DNA of 64,000 nt from Sphyrna mokarran (taxonomy: Eukaryota): contig JAGIQG010000017.1 in the NCBI GenBank assembly GCA_024679065.1, positions 32,178,001 through 32,242,000 of the forward strand, given 5' to 3'. A model generated the notes under the pieces. It worked only from the letters and a program-made list of their open reading frames with translations. It was not told where the DNA came from and searched no databases. The number at the start of each line of letters is the position of its first letter. Positions within the stretch are counted from its first letter, which is position 1. The translations under genes and the position numbers were made by a program. Below, piece after piece: positions 49,929 through 61,885 of this stretch.

Positions 49929-50929
49929 GTAAGTGGAACAACTAATCTTGCATAATATTGTGCAATTTGTTTTCTGAACTGAGTGTATGGTGCATTGAAC
50001 AGATGCCAATCGTGTTTGAAATGTATGCCTCAGTGATAGTGTTGCAGTGTGAATTCTTCATTCTGACAATACATTTCAAATTTATAATAAAAATTACTTT
50101 GTCTTCTTAATAACACTTTTGAAAATAAACTGTGGAGCCTCTTTGAGTGGTTTTGAAAGTTTTGTGGAATATTCCTGCATCCTATGAATTGGCAGTTCAC
50201 CACAATCTTTCCATTTGATTATTCTTTCTTCCTTTTCATTATCCTCACATTTGCTACCTCTTGACTTTACTACCTTCTTCCTCAGTTCTGTCACAATATG
50301 TACTTGTGCCTTTTGAATTGCCCATGCAAACCCACACCGTCAACTCTTATTTGCTCTGCTGTCACACGCCTCATCCTGAATTCTTGATCCGCTTTCTCTC
50401 ATTCCATTTATTCCTTCTAAGGTTAAGTTACAACAGATCAGAGATTCCCATATAGTGTACATATTTCTTTTCTCCAATTTTTCCTTCCTATAACTGTAAT
50501 ATATTTTAAATTTCATAGAAGAGCAAGCAACATCTATACTAGCTGCATCACCATAATGCTGCTTTCTTTCATCTTTTCAAAAGAAAAGCAAACAATATAA
50601 ATTTGTCCTCAGTAATGCTTGTGACACATATCTTTTCCAAAATTATTTGAAAGATGCTGGACTGAAAGTACATAGAGTTAAAGAAAAAATGTCCCGTTAG
50701 CAGAGTTGACTAAACATTATTGAAACAACCTGAGAATTTAAATATACTGAACATGCTCAGACTGTGCAATCCAAATTCAGTTCTCAGTTCTGGGCACAAT
50801 TCTAGGCACAGATATAAACACCAAGTCCTCACTTTTGAAAGCAGGAAAAGCTATAATGAAAGTGGAAAAAGCAATTTAATCATTCATTTAATAATTTTAT
50901 TGTAAAATATGACTGGTCAAACTGAGAGT

Positions 50930-51441
50930 TTCCCCCTTTCACCCCCCATCAGACTTCACCCCTTCAGGCCCTGTTCCTTTAGGTCTTGGCCCCTTGGCAC
51001 TACCAGCGTGCTTGGTGGACAGTGTCAGTATGCCAGCTGGCAGTGTTGGGGTAACTGGCACTACCCTATGGGCACTGCCTGGCCCTGCCCCCAACCACCC
51101 AGAGTTTTCAGTGGCCTCCAGTCCCACAGCAAGGCCATCACATCTGTTCCATATTGGTGGAGCCCATCTGTGATCTTCACCAGTGAGGACCATGATCAGC
51201 AAAGGGGCTAAGGTAAGGGTGGCCACATGATAGCGCCTGAGGCTTATTCATTGTGCATAAGACATGTCATTAATATTGAAATCAGCTTCATGCCCTTTCT
51301 GGCTGATTCACCAGCAAAACGGGGTTAGCAAGATCTTGAGAGGTGAGAAACCGGGTGTGAGCCCAATTTTTCATCTGTCGCACTATCTTATCAGCTCGCC
51401 ACGCCTGTTGATCAGTGTGATGAGCCATAAAATCATGTCCT
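50930..51441. mobile_element. GC-rich non-autonomous DNA-transposon (Harbinger-MITE-like) fragment
   Basis: 51070-51145 is homologous in inverted orientation to 62356-62432. It ends ataaaatcatgtcc. Confidence 0.55.
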
Positions 51442-51906
51442 GCACACCTATACTGCAGTTTCACATTGGGCAATGATCTTATCAACTGAGTTATTAAGGA
51501 ACTTAAAATAACATGGAAATCACATTTCTTTAGAGCAGGTCACGAGCCTTGTGCTCAGTTTCTCAGATAATATCTGATTTCCATGTGGAAACTAGAAATT
51601 CACAGCAAAAAGGTAGCTGCTTGCCCTACCGTTGTAACTGCACAGCTCTCGAAAGGATGATCTACGTCATTCTTCTTGTACTTCTCTATTTTTTTCAAAT
51701 TTCAGATATAAAACATTCGGTGGATTCTATTTCTGTCACTGTTTCTGGTGGAACAGCCTCAATTCACGTCCACAGTTATTGTATCATCATATTTCATTGG
51801 TTGAGAAAACTATTGCTGCAGACAAATATGCCCCTGTATTTGAGGTAGTATGCCTAGGTTTACCATATGACTCGTGTTAGCAGAAACCTTGTGTAATGAC
51901 ATACTA

Positions 51907-51960
51907 AAAAAATTACGTAATTTTTTAAAAATTATGTACTTACATAAACTAATTACATAA
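51907..51960. promoter_or_regulatory. Candidate D-box (PAR-bZIP/NFIL3) site cluster
   Basis: TTACGTAA at 51913-20 inside a 20-bp perfect palindrome, TTATGTAC at 51932-39, and TTACATAA at 51940-47 and 51953-60. Function is untested. Confidence 0.35.
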
Positions 51961-52064
51961 CAGCTGAAATTTAAGACATAAATGTTGAATGAAAGAAAGG
52001 AATAGTATCTACATAATGGGGGACTCTCAATGAAATACTTTTGACTTGGAGTTTGCCTTACTGT

Positions 52065-52245
52065 GTACGAAACACAACAGAGAACTTGTTACAGTAAGGT
52101 CTGCAATGTAACAGTGACTAGATATTCTGTTTTAGTGATGTGATTGAGAGATAATTATTGTCCATGACTATGAGAGAGACCAGGCATTGCCTCATCAGAA
52201 AGATGGTACCTCTGATTGTGTAGCATTCTATCAGTACTGCATTTT
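52065..52245 (-). mobile_element. DeuSINE remnant
   Basis: The reverse complement reads gcagtactgatagaatgctacacaatcagaggtaccatctttctgatgag..atcactaaaacagaatatctagtca. Confidence 0.6.
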
Positions 52246-52266
52246 TGTGAGAATGAGAGCACAACT

Positions 52267-52385
52267 TTGATGAGTACATGGAATTTAATGGGATTGGGAG
52301 TCACAGATAGTTCTGTGGCCTGGTCGGTATGGATATGATTGGTGCAACTTGTGGGCCTGTTCGTGCTGTAGTGTTCTGTGTTCTA
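52267..52385 (+). mobile_element. CR1 3' UTR fragment
   Basis: gatgagtacatgga..gcaacttgtgggcctgttcgtgctgtagtgttctgtgttcta, the same subfamily tail as 10390-10516. Confidence 0.75.
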
Positions 52386-52843
52386 ACTTCCTGTGTCATG
52401 GGTAAACCAACCATAATTCAGAATGAATTATCTCATTTCAAAATGCAAACTAGACTTTGGAACAAGAAAGTATAAATTTATGCACAGTTTATCTGGGTGG
52501 TCCCAAAATCTATTATGCATTGTGAAATACAACATTCAGAATAAAATGCTAATTATAATTCTCATAATATAGAGATGACAATTTGTGCTGGAGTGCAGAA
52601 CTACTGAGAAATAATTAGAATATTAAAACATTACTTATAATAATTTTACTTTGCAGATATGCATTTGGAACTGGTGGAGTTTGCAGAAAAAAGCTTGATA
52701 TTATGCATCAAATTTTGTAATAAAAATAATTTTATTGTTCTCCAATTACTGTTGAACAATTTACCTATTTGGTCATTTATTGGTTTTTCATACATTCTTA
52801 ATTTTTCTTCACAAAAACAATAAAAGCATGTACTCTATTTCAG

Positions 52844-52938
52844 GACTTTCTGATGGAAACATTCATTATGTTCAAGGATCTCATTGGAAAGAACGTCTAT
52901 CTTGCTGACTGGGTTATAATGAACATGATGCAGAACAA
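52844..52938 (+). CDS. DOCK1: DOCK1 next coding exon, 95 nt, phase 0/2
   Basis: The acceptor is tactctatttcAG and the donor is GTaagt. It translates [31 protein letters not shown](K), in frame with the previous exon and matching recalled DOCK1 [32 protein letters not shown]. Confidence 0.95.
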
Positions 52939-54534
52939 GTAAGTATTGAGAAAAGCACTGAATACTTACTACAATATTGCTGCTTCATGTTTCATTCAAT
53001 ATTGCATTTGTGCCTAAAATCAACAACTCAATGGAGAGAACAACATTTCGGAAGATTAGTACATAGAAATAATTTTAATTTTGCCTTTCAATTCAGCAAT
53101 CATTTCACAAATTCTGTTCACAAATTAATAGTGTAAAAAGTTAAATTCTTGAAAACATCCGATATCTTTTAAAACAACATAACCAGATATAATTAATTTT
53201 GGCTTTGCTTTTTTGTTATTTCCCTCTTAATCTGTTGAATGCATACCACTGTTGCAAATTGAATTATTTTCACATTAACTTGCTGTTCTGAGTCAATCTT
53301 AGTGTTAAAATGCCAGACGATATTTAAAATTCATGTGTCATTCACTATCTTGTTACAGCCAAATAACTCTGATTCGGTGCACTGAATCGTGATAGTTCAG
53401 GTGTTCATGTTGATGTGGTTAGACTTTGTTTAATGAATTCATTGTTGGTTGAGAAGGAAAATCATAAATTGAGACAGTTATATTGTGTTCCTCTGACTGA
53501 AATAGATTACAGGTGGAAGTTGGCGAAAAGCAATTTGCATCTCTCCTCTTAGAATTTTTCCTTCTGTGACAGTTGGTCACACAAATGTAGGATCCTATCA
53601 TTCAGAAGAATTGTGTTTCTAGTCAAAAATTGAAGTTGTTACTGAGGTATAACTCTGTAAATAGTGCATAAATATTTAAATTTAAAAAGTATGTGCAGCA
53701 AAAACTTTATGGATTTGTGAAGCACAAGTTTTCTGTATGAGGAATTTACAGAGTTATTAGCTTACGCACATCTTAGGTAGTTTCCTTTTTATTAATGTGG
53801 GCCTGAAAGAAAGATATCAGGCCATCTTTTTGAAGGCAATCATTAATTAAGAACTGTATGTTTACCCTCTTGACTCAGTAACTGTTCACATTGCTTTACA
53901 CTACTGACTTCTTGAGTTTGGATATATCATTCATTCATTCACTGGAGTTCAACATGATGTAATATTTTAAAGGTAAGGAAGAGCATTCAGTAAAATTCAC
54001 TTGTGCTAATTTTTTTAACAAATATGAAATTAATTAAATAAATGTACTTTTTTCTTTAGAGAAAGCTTGTGTCAAGGAAAATCTTGAAGTTGATAATTCA
54101 ATGTTGGGAAAAAAGGCATGATATTAAGTACCCTTCTCCTTATCCATTCTGGAATACCCAAAAGTGTTCAGCACATAGTAACCTGGACACCTTGGATTAT
54201 TTCAAATGGTTGGATTTGTTTCTAGAGCATTGTGTTTATCACAAGTATTAATGTATGACTTGGGTGTGAATAAACCTGATCTAAGTATTTAAACCTCCTG
54301 TACTTTCAATGTTGGATAATTTGGAAAATGACTGAGACAAAACTTTGCCTGTGAGAATGACTTAGTTGTTAATTCTGGAGAGATCAATTCTGTTTGTGTT
54401 CTCTGACCTATAGAAATCATAATGATCCTTTAAGTGACTCTGTTAATCAGGGATTTGGTTAAATATGTTGAAATCATTCTTCCCGGGAACGTGTTCCTAT
54501 ATACAAGAGTAAAGCTAAATGATAGGCAGTAAAA

Positions 54535-54655
54535 TATTTCTATAGCACCTCTAATGATCTCAGGATGTTCAAAATAATTTTGTAACCAATGAAGTACTTT
54601 AGAATTGTAGGAACCATTGTAATATTATAAAATGGAAAATGTGGTAGCCCTTTTT
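54535..54655 (-). mobile_element. DeuSINE 3' tail remnant
   Basis: The reverse complement reads aaagtacttcattggttacaaa..tcctgagatcattagaggtgctatagaaat. Confidence 0.55.
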
Positions 54656-54799
54656 TTTAAACATTAAGAATCCACTTTCAGCCATTAAGCTATTACCAGG
54701 TAGAGAAGATATACTAAAAAGATTAGCATTATTGAAATTTGGTTAGTCTCCTGGTCCAAATAAAATACACGTTAGATGCTGAAAGTAGCAGAGACATTG

Positions 54800-55400
54800 A
54801 TCACAATCTTTAAATCCTGATTGGTTACAGCAGGAGTGCGAGAGCATGGTCCGGTTATTAATATTAAGTTGCTGTTCAAGAAAGATAAGAGGAATGAACC
54901 AGGTAATGACATGGAAATTACTGGAATCCATTATTAGAAAAATAATGTATTTTGACTTGGAAAGAGTTGGTCAAGGAGAGATAATTTGGATTTGTTAAAG
55001 ACAAATCCTGTCTGATAAACTTGCTATTACTTACAATGAGGTAACCAAAAAGGCTGGTTATGATTAGTATATGTATGGACTTTCAGAAGACATTGAATAA
55101 TGTGCTAGGCATGAGATGTATTAAGAAGATGAAAATCCATGGAATTATGAGAAAATAGGTGGTATGAAAATGGATTTGCCTCAGTGACAGGAACCAGGGT
55201 GTTGGTGGATAGATGATGGTCAGACTGAGAGGTGGTTGGGTGCTGTACTCTGAAGGTCAGTTTTGGGTCCTTTACTCTTAATTTTAATGAACGATTTATA
55301 GACTGGTGTAGGAAGTAGCATTTTCATACAACAGTGAGCAAAAGGGATGGTCTGACATATGGTGGAGAGCAGGCAAGATGAAATAACAAAAGGATGCATA
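54800..55400 (+). mobile_element. Old CR1 RT fragment
   Basis: GFVKDKSCLINL, CMDFQKTLNNV and RSVLGPLL motifs. Confidence 0.7.
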
Positions 55401-55579
55401 ATACAAGACCAAGAGAGTTATTATGACACAAACAAAGAAACAAAGCATGTTTAAAATGATATGATTGTAGAATCATGAATAATTACTGCAAATAAGAGGA
55501 AAAAAGAGAGAAACAAGGAAAAAAACATACTTACAAATTAAAAAAAAGAACAAAATGGGAGCAGGTGTTCCAATCAAAA

Positions 55580-56040
55580 GTTGTTCAACTCACTGTAGAG
55601 ACCTGAAGGCTGTCAAGTGTCCAATCAAAAGATAATATACCATTCCTTGAGCTTGTGTTGAACTTTACTGGAACACTGCAAGAGACCAAGGAAAGAAAAA
55701 TCAGAGTGGAAGCAAGGTGAAAAATCAAAATGACAGCCAACTGAAAGTTTGGAGTCAGGCTTGCAGACTGGACTGAGGCAATCTGCATTGTGTTCAAGTA
55801 GTACTTGTTTAATCTCGCCGATGCAGAGGAGACCATATTGAGAGTAGCAAATACAGTGTACTAAATAAAACGAAGTGCAAGTAAGTGCCTATTTCATCTG
55901 GGAGACATTATTTGGATGTTGAATTGTGAAAAGAGAGGAGCTAGGAAAACAGGTATTACATATTTTACTCTTGCATGGGAAGGTAGATGATGCAGGGGGT
56001 AACTACGGAGTGCTGCAGGGGAGTGGTTCAGACTACAACT
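55580..56040 (-). mobile_element. Penelope-like GIY-YIG fragment (second family)
   Basis: Minus-strand LTCTSFYLVHCICYSQYGLSCIGEIKQ (=FTCTSSNLVYCIRCSQCGLLYIGETKR). Confidence 0.75.
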
Positions 56041-56399
56041 GCAAGAAATAACCTTTTGAATTTTTAACTACAATACTCAGGCTTTATTTCATATTCTTGT
56101 GTTTAAAGCCTGACAATTCTGTGTCCTTTTATATCTTTTTATAAACTGTAACCCCAGAAAACAGCAGATAATCTCCCTGACTCCTTGCTGAACAATGTTA
56201 CGACGAAGTCCAGAAGAATGAATAAGTAATTCCTGAGTTGGCTGTAACAGTGTTTAAATTTTTAAAGTTGAGATTTTTTAAGTTGGTACATATGTGACAG
56301 TATGTAGAGCTATAGGGAGAAATAAACTAGGCAGATCTCTAGAGTTAACAACTAACAGGGTAGTTTTACTATTAAAACTAACTCAGGTAAAAACACTCT

Positions 56400-56530
56400 C
56401 TTTTCATGCAATAAAAATTGTTATTCCTTTGATTGTTGATATTCTTGTGAACTATCCTGATGAGCACTAGATAAAAAACTTCCACACCATGTCTCTTTTC
56501 AGCAATATTCAAACCTGTACTACCAAACAA
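56400..56530 (+). mobile_element. Probable Penelope terminal-repeat remnant with decayed hammerhead core
   Basis: tcCTGATGAgcactagataaaaaacttc..atgtctcttttcagcaatattcaa. The GAAA core is lost. Confidence 0.45.
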
Positions 56531-56699
56531 TTATATAAAAGCATAAAATTTTGCCGTGGCTTTTGAATCACATGTAGGCCAACCAGGTAAGGACGGCAGG
56601 TTTCCTTCCTGAAATCAAGAAATATAAAATAATAGAGAGCTACAAATCACTTAAGTGTCAATTTGAAATTTTTAAGACTGAAATTGAAATATTATGTTC

Positions 56700-56815
56700 A
56701 GTATGCCAATTAAGAGGTGTGGAACAAAAGTGGGGAAATAAAGTTAATCAGCTATGATCTACTGTTTGGTGGAGAAGGCTTGAGGGGCTGGATGGTCTAC
56801 TTCTATTCCCAGGTT
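56700..56815 (+). mobile_element. CR1 3' UTR fragment
   Basis: atcagctatgatct..ggtggagaaggcttgaggggctggatggtctacttct. Confidence 0.65.
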
Positions 56816-56864
56816 CACTTCTAGTGTTCAACTTGTTTTTCTTCATTCACGTACTATTTATTTA

Positions 56865-57040
56865 TGCATTCGTTTACTGCCCATCCCTTATTGCTTTGAA
56901 CTGAGTCCATTGCAGAGGGCATTTAAGAATTAACCACATTGCAATGGCTCTATAGATTTTCTTCCCTCAAAAAAATCAGTGAACCAGAATTTTTTTTTAT
57001 GACAATCAACAATGGTTTTATTAGACTTTTAATTCAAACT
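56865..57040 (-). mobile_element. tRNA-derived SINE fragment (family of 11378-11720)
   Basis: tttactgcccatcccttattgc..aattaaccacattg..agattttcttccc..gaaccaga..attagacttttaattc. Confidence 0.7.
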
Positions 57041-58025
57041 ATTTACATTTGGAAACGTCACTATTTAAACTTACTCGATCTGCAGGAAGATAGTAATTAT
57101 AGTTATGTTTGTTTATCATCCAAATAAACCCAATGTTAAAATGTCCACACTTAGCTGTTACATTTAATTGTTACACCTATTACTTATCAATCTAATGCCA
57201 GTAAGTGTTTTGTTCAGATGTTCAACATTAATCTTATGATTTACTAGTGCCTGTAACACCACAACATAGGATAATACTCTTTTCCCCCACAAATGATGCC
57301 ATCTTTTCAATGCATTCATTGTATGTCAATACATATGACAATAATAAATCAAATCAAATATTTTCTGAAGAATATTTTGCCTATTTTTGCATATTAACAG
57401 AAAATAAAGCCTTAAGCTAACAAATTCAAAAAGGGACATATTTCTCAATGAAGTGACGTCATTTATCTGTTAAATTGTCTTTTCTGCATTCATTAAAAAT
57501 TTCCTTGAAAGCTTTAGTCCTTCCCACAAACCTGGGCATCAAGTTGATCTCTATGTAGAGAACTATGATTCTATTAATTGAACACAGATGAATTTGTTGA
57601 ATTTGAATTTGTTAGCTTAAGGCTTTATTTTCTGTTAATATGCAAAAATAGGCAAAATATTCTTCAGAAAATATTTGATTTGATTTATTATTGTCATATG
57701 TATTGACATACAATGAATGCATTGAAAAGATGGCATCATTTGTGGGGGAAAAGAGTATTATCCTATGTTGTGGTGTTACAGGCACTAGTAAATCATAAGA
57801 TTAATGTTGAACATCTGAACAAAACACTTACTGGCATTAGATTGATAAGTAATAGGTGTAACAATTAAATGTAACAGCTAAGTGTGGACATTTTAACATT
57901 GGGTTTATTTGGATGATAAACAAACATAACTATAATTACTATCTTCCTGCAGATCGAGTAAGTTTAAATAGTGACGTTTCCAAATGTAAATAGTTTGAAT
58001 TAAAAGTCTAATAAAACCATTGTTG
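57007..58025. repeat. Perfect inverted duplication: 424-bp arms (57007-57430 / 57602-58025), 171-bp spacer
   Basis: A base-by-base comparison found no mismatch. The duplicated ORF tails NNGFIRLLIQTIYIWKRHYLNLLDLQEDSNYSYVCLSSK at 56939(+) and 57905(-) confirm it. Confidence 0.98.
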
Positions 58026-59852
58026 GCTGATAGGATTAAGGAGAATCCTAAAGCTTTCTTTCGATATGTTAAGAATAGAAGATTGGTTAGGGCAAGATTA
58101 GGGCCAGTCATAGACAGCAGTGGGAAGTTGTGCGTGGAGCTGAAGAGATTGGAGAGGCACTGAATAAATATTTCTCTTCGGTATTCACGCAGGGAGATGT
58201 AAATGTAGTTGTGGAGAACACTGGGATACAGGGTTGCAAACTGTAAAGTATTGAAGTAGATAAGGAGGATGTGTTAGATATTCTTGAGGGTTTGAAGTTA
58301 GATAAGTCCCCTGGGCCGGACGGGATTTACCCTAGGATTCTCTGGGAGGCAAGAGAGGAGATTGCAGAGCCTCTGGCTCTGATCTTCAGGTCCTAGTTGG
58401 TTACGGGTGTGGTTCCGCAGGACTGGAGGATAGCGAATGTGGTCCCATTGTTTAAGAAGGGGAAGAGAGACCTTCCTGGGAATTATAGGCCAGTGAGTCT
58501 TACTTCTGTGGCGGGCAAGGTATTGGAGAGAATTATTAGGGATAGGATTTATAGTTATTTAGAGAGAAATGAATTGATTGGGGATAGTCAGCATGGTTTC
58601 GTGAAGGGTAGGTCATGCATTACTAACCTCATTGAGTTTTTTGAGAAAGTGACCAGAGAGGTGGATGGGGGTAAGGCGGTTGATGTAGTATATATGGACT
58701 TTAGTAAGGCGTTTGATAAGGTGGCCCATGGAAGACTTCTACAGAAATGCAGATGTGTGGAATAGAGGGTGATTTAGCTAATTGGATTAGGAATTGGCTG
58801 GCAGATAGAAGACAGAGGGTGGTGGTTGATGGGAGATATTCATCGTGGAGTTCGGTGACGAGTGGTGTGCCGCAGGGGTCTGTTTTGGGGCCCCTGCTGT
58901 TTGTAATTTTTATAAATGATCTGGATGAGGGTATTGAGGGATGGATCAGTAAATTTGCAGATGATACTAAAGTTGGTGGAGTGGTAGATAGTGAAGAGGG
59001 TGTTTTAGTTTACAGAGTGACTTGGACAAGTTGCAGAGCTGGGCCGAGAGGTGGCAAATGGAGTTTAATGTGGAAAAGTGTGAGGTAATGCACTTGGGCA
59101 GGAACAATAAATGTGTAGAGTATAGGGCTAATGGTAGGGCTCGTAATAGTGTTGAGGAACAGAAGGATCTTGGTGTATGTGTCAATAGATCACTGAAAGT
59201 AGGCAGTCAAGTGGATAAAGTTGTTAAGAAGGCATATGGAGTCTTAGCTTTTATTGGTAGGGGGATTGAATTTAGAGCCGCAGCATCATGTTGCAACTGT
59301 ACAAAACTCTAGTGCGGCCGCACTTGGAGTATTGTGTGCAGTTCTGGTCCCCACATTATAAGAAAGATGTGGAGGCATTGGAGGGGTACAGAGGAGGTTT
59401 ACCAGGATGTTGCCTGGTATGGAGGGCAGGTCCTATGAAGAGAGGTTGAAGGATTTGAGGTTGTTTTCGTAAGAAAGGAGGCGGCTAAGAGGGGATCTTA
59501 TTGAAGCATATAAGATGATTAGAGGTTTAGATAGGGTGGACAGTGATAGCCTTTTTCTAGGATGGAGAAAACTAGCACGAGGGGACACAGCTTTAAATTA
59601 AGGGGTATGAGTTATAGGACGGATATCAGAGGTAGGTTCTTACTCAAAGAGTGATTAGGGAGTGGAATGCCCTGCCTGCAGCTGTTGTAGATGCGCCAAG
59701 TTTGGTGGCGTTTAAGAGGTTAGTTGATAAGTATATGGATGGGAAGGGAATGGTTTCGTTAGGAGGGGCATTGCTTTTTATTTTGGTCGGCACAACATCG
59801 AAGGCCGAAGGGCCTGTTCTGTGCTGTATTGTTCTATGTTCTATGTTCTATG
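58023..59852 (+). mobile_element. 5'-truncated, relatively young CR1/HER1-type LINE (~1.8 kb of ORF2 RT + 3' UTR)
   Basis: [52 protein letters not shown] and KFADDT, with several stops and frameshifts. Tail (gttctat)x3. Confidence 0.97.
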
Positions 59853-60477
59853 ATAGAATCAGAACATGTTCAATAAACTCAATTCCCTACTATCTTAAGT
59901 ACATAAGTCTGCTAATGTTAAATATTTCACTTAAACTGTGAGCAATTTTACTCCAATTATTCCTCTAACAAATTTTGAGAAAAACTAGAGGATAAATTTC
60001 ACACTTCCAATCAGTAAAGCTAGTTTTTTTTAAAAAAACAGTGCTTTGAATGTTTATGGAGAAACAAACTATTCTGAATAACATACTTGTTCTACTTTAT
60101 AATTATCAGTGAGCATATCATGTGCTGAGAACCAGTGTCTTCTCTAATCCTATTAGAACATACTTTTCATTAAAGGTGAATTGGGAGCCTCCAAGACCTG
60201 TACTTTTCTCATACTGAATTTAAACATGTTCATTACTGACCATTTTAAAACAGAGAGGAAGAGAAAGTTATTGAATTTTGCAAGCAACTACAGGTTTTCT
60301 TAAAGGAAATGAATGATGGCAGAAGAGAGAAGAAAAGTAAGATGAGATTAAGAAAAACTACCTTTGGGAAGTAAGTTGCAATGTGGTAATAGTGAAGTGA
60401 TTGGGAACAATAGATTGAAAGGAGAGAAGGATTCAAGATTCAGAAAGATGCAGGTGGTCATTCTCCTGAATCTTAAA

Positions 60478-60920
60478 CCTGATTTTGTAGTGCACTGGGC
60501 TGGGAGACTTGAGTGGAGATGGATCAGGATGTGGGGGGAGCGAGACTGGCTAAACACATCTGAGGGGTCAGTGATCGCGCCATGGGCAGGATCTCACAGC
60601 CGGCGATACAGGGATTGTGCGGGGCTGACAAACAATCACGCTGCCCAGCGATTGGGAGGCTGGCAACGCTGGCTACTGCACATGCGCCAATCTCCCCAGG
60701 ATCGGGGTATGCACAGTGGCCCACTCAGTACTATGCTACTGGCCTCTCCAACAGGAATATGCCCCATTACCTGATTTTCAAAGTGATTGATTTAAGTGCA
60801 CCCAGCAGTGCACAGTGTGTGGGAGATTCATATTGGAACAGTCATGGAAAAAAACATTTGATTTATTCCAGTTTTTATGCAGATTCGATACTCAGAATTT
60901 TGGGGGGAGAATTGCGAAAG
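60478..60920. mobile_element. Non-autonomous DNA-transposon-like element
   Basis: GC-rich interior. The right end (gcagtgcacagtgtgtgggagat..cagattcgatactcagaatttt..gagaattg) is homologous to 10540-10653. Confidence 0.5.
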
Positions 60921-61334
60921 CAGTATTAAAGATAATATTGGAAATAAAGGTGTAGTAAGACAAAGAGGGGCACTAGAAAGGCCAAATGATTGAAGTTTTG
61001 AATGGAGTGTGGATGAGGATAATGGCCCATCTAGTGATGAGAGGGAAACCACTTAGACCAAGAGATTATATTTTCCTCAAAATTCCCACTTCAAACGAGC
61101 AACTTCTTTCATTGCCGGATTATCCACTACTTCCAGAAAGAAAAAAAAGGATGAGAGAGAACCAGGAGAGGACAGTGAAAGGCAAAAAAAAAGTTAGGGA
61201 ATGAGAAATGACAGAAAGACAAACAGATGGAGCGAAATACAAAATTAATGGCTGAGAGAGAGATAATACTTGTCAATTTACCATTTCTAATACCATTAGA
61301 AATCCACCAGTATGTGTATATAATATGTATATAT

Positions 61335-61885
61335 ATGCATAGCCGTTCAGCACTTTGAACTTGCTCTACCATTCAATATCATGATTGATCTTCTACTTAA
61401 GGCGCAAGTCCCACATTTTCCTCGTATTTCTTGATTTGCTTAGTATCCAAGAATCTCTGACCTAAATATACTTAATGACTAAGCCTTTACAGCTCTAAGG
61501 GGTGATATGTTCTAAAAACTCACAATTGTTTGAGTGAAGAAATTTCTCCTCATCTCAGCCTTAAATGGCTGCCCCCCATTCTAAAACTGATCTCTAGCTG
61601 TAGAGTCTCTAGCCGGGGGAAATTTCATGTTGGCATTTCCCCTGTTTAAGCCTCTTGTTTATTATGCAGCAGTATGTTTCCGTATGATCATTCTTCCAAA
61701 CTCTAAGAAATATAGACATAGTCTATTCAATCACTCCTAATGGAATTATCCACTCACCCTGGGAATTACTGTACTGAACCTGTGATGCACTTTTTAGGCA
61801 AGCCTGCCTGTCCCTTGGTAAGGAGGCCAAAACTATACACAGTATCTCCAGGTATAATTTTACCAAGGCTCTGTATAAGTATAGT
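61335..61885 (-). mobile_element. Old CR1 3' fragment
   Basis: ORF 61723-61911(-) LYLYRALVKLYLEILCIVL; gagtgaagaaatttctcctcatctc encodes EMRRNFFTQ on the minus strand. Confidence 0.75.

Noticed and set aside
57454-57461. Perfect CRE (TGACGTCA) in the fold-back spacer
   Set aside because: A single 8-mer is not unexpected in 64 kb, and there is no supporting promoter context.
57007-58025. Foldback transposon or MITE interpretation of the long inverted repeat
   Set aside because: The arm begins inside a SINE, has no TSD or recognisable terminus, and abuts a LINE.
56939-58111. Two ORFs with identical C-termini suggesting a duplicated small gene
   Set aside because: A by-product of the inverted duplication. 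The ORFs start in a SINE and in antisense CR1.
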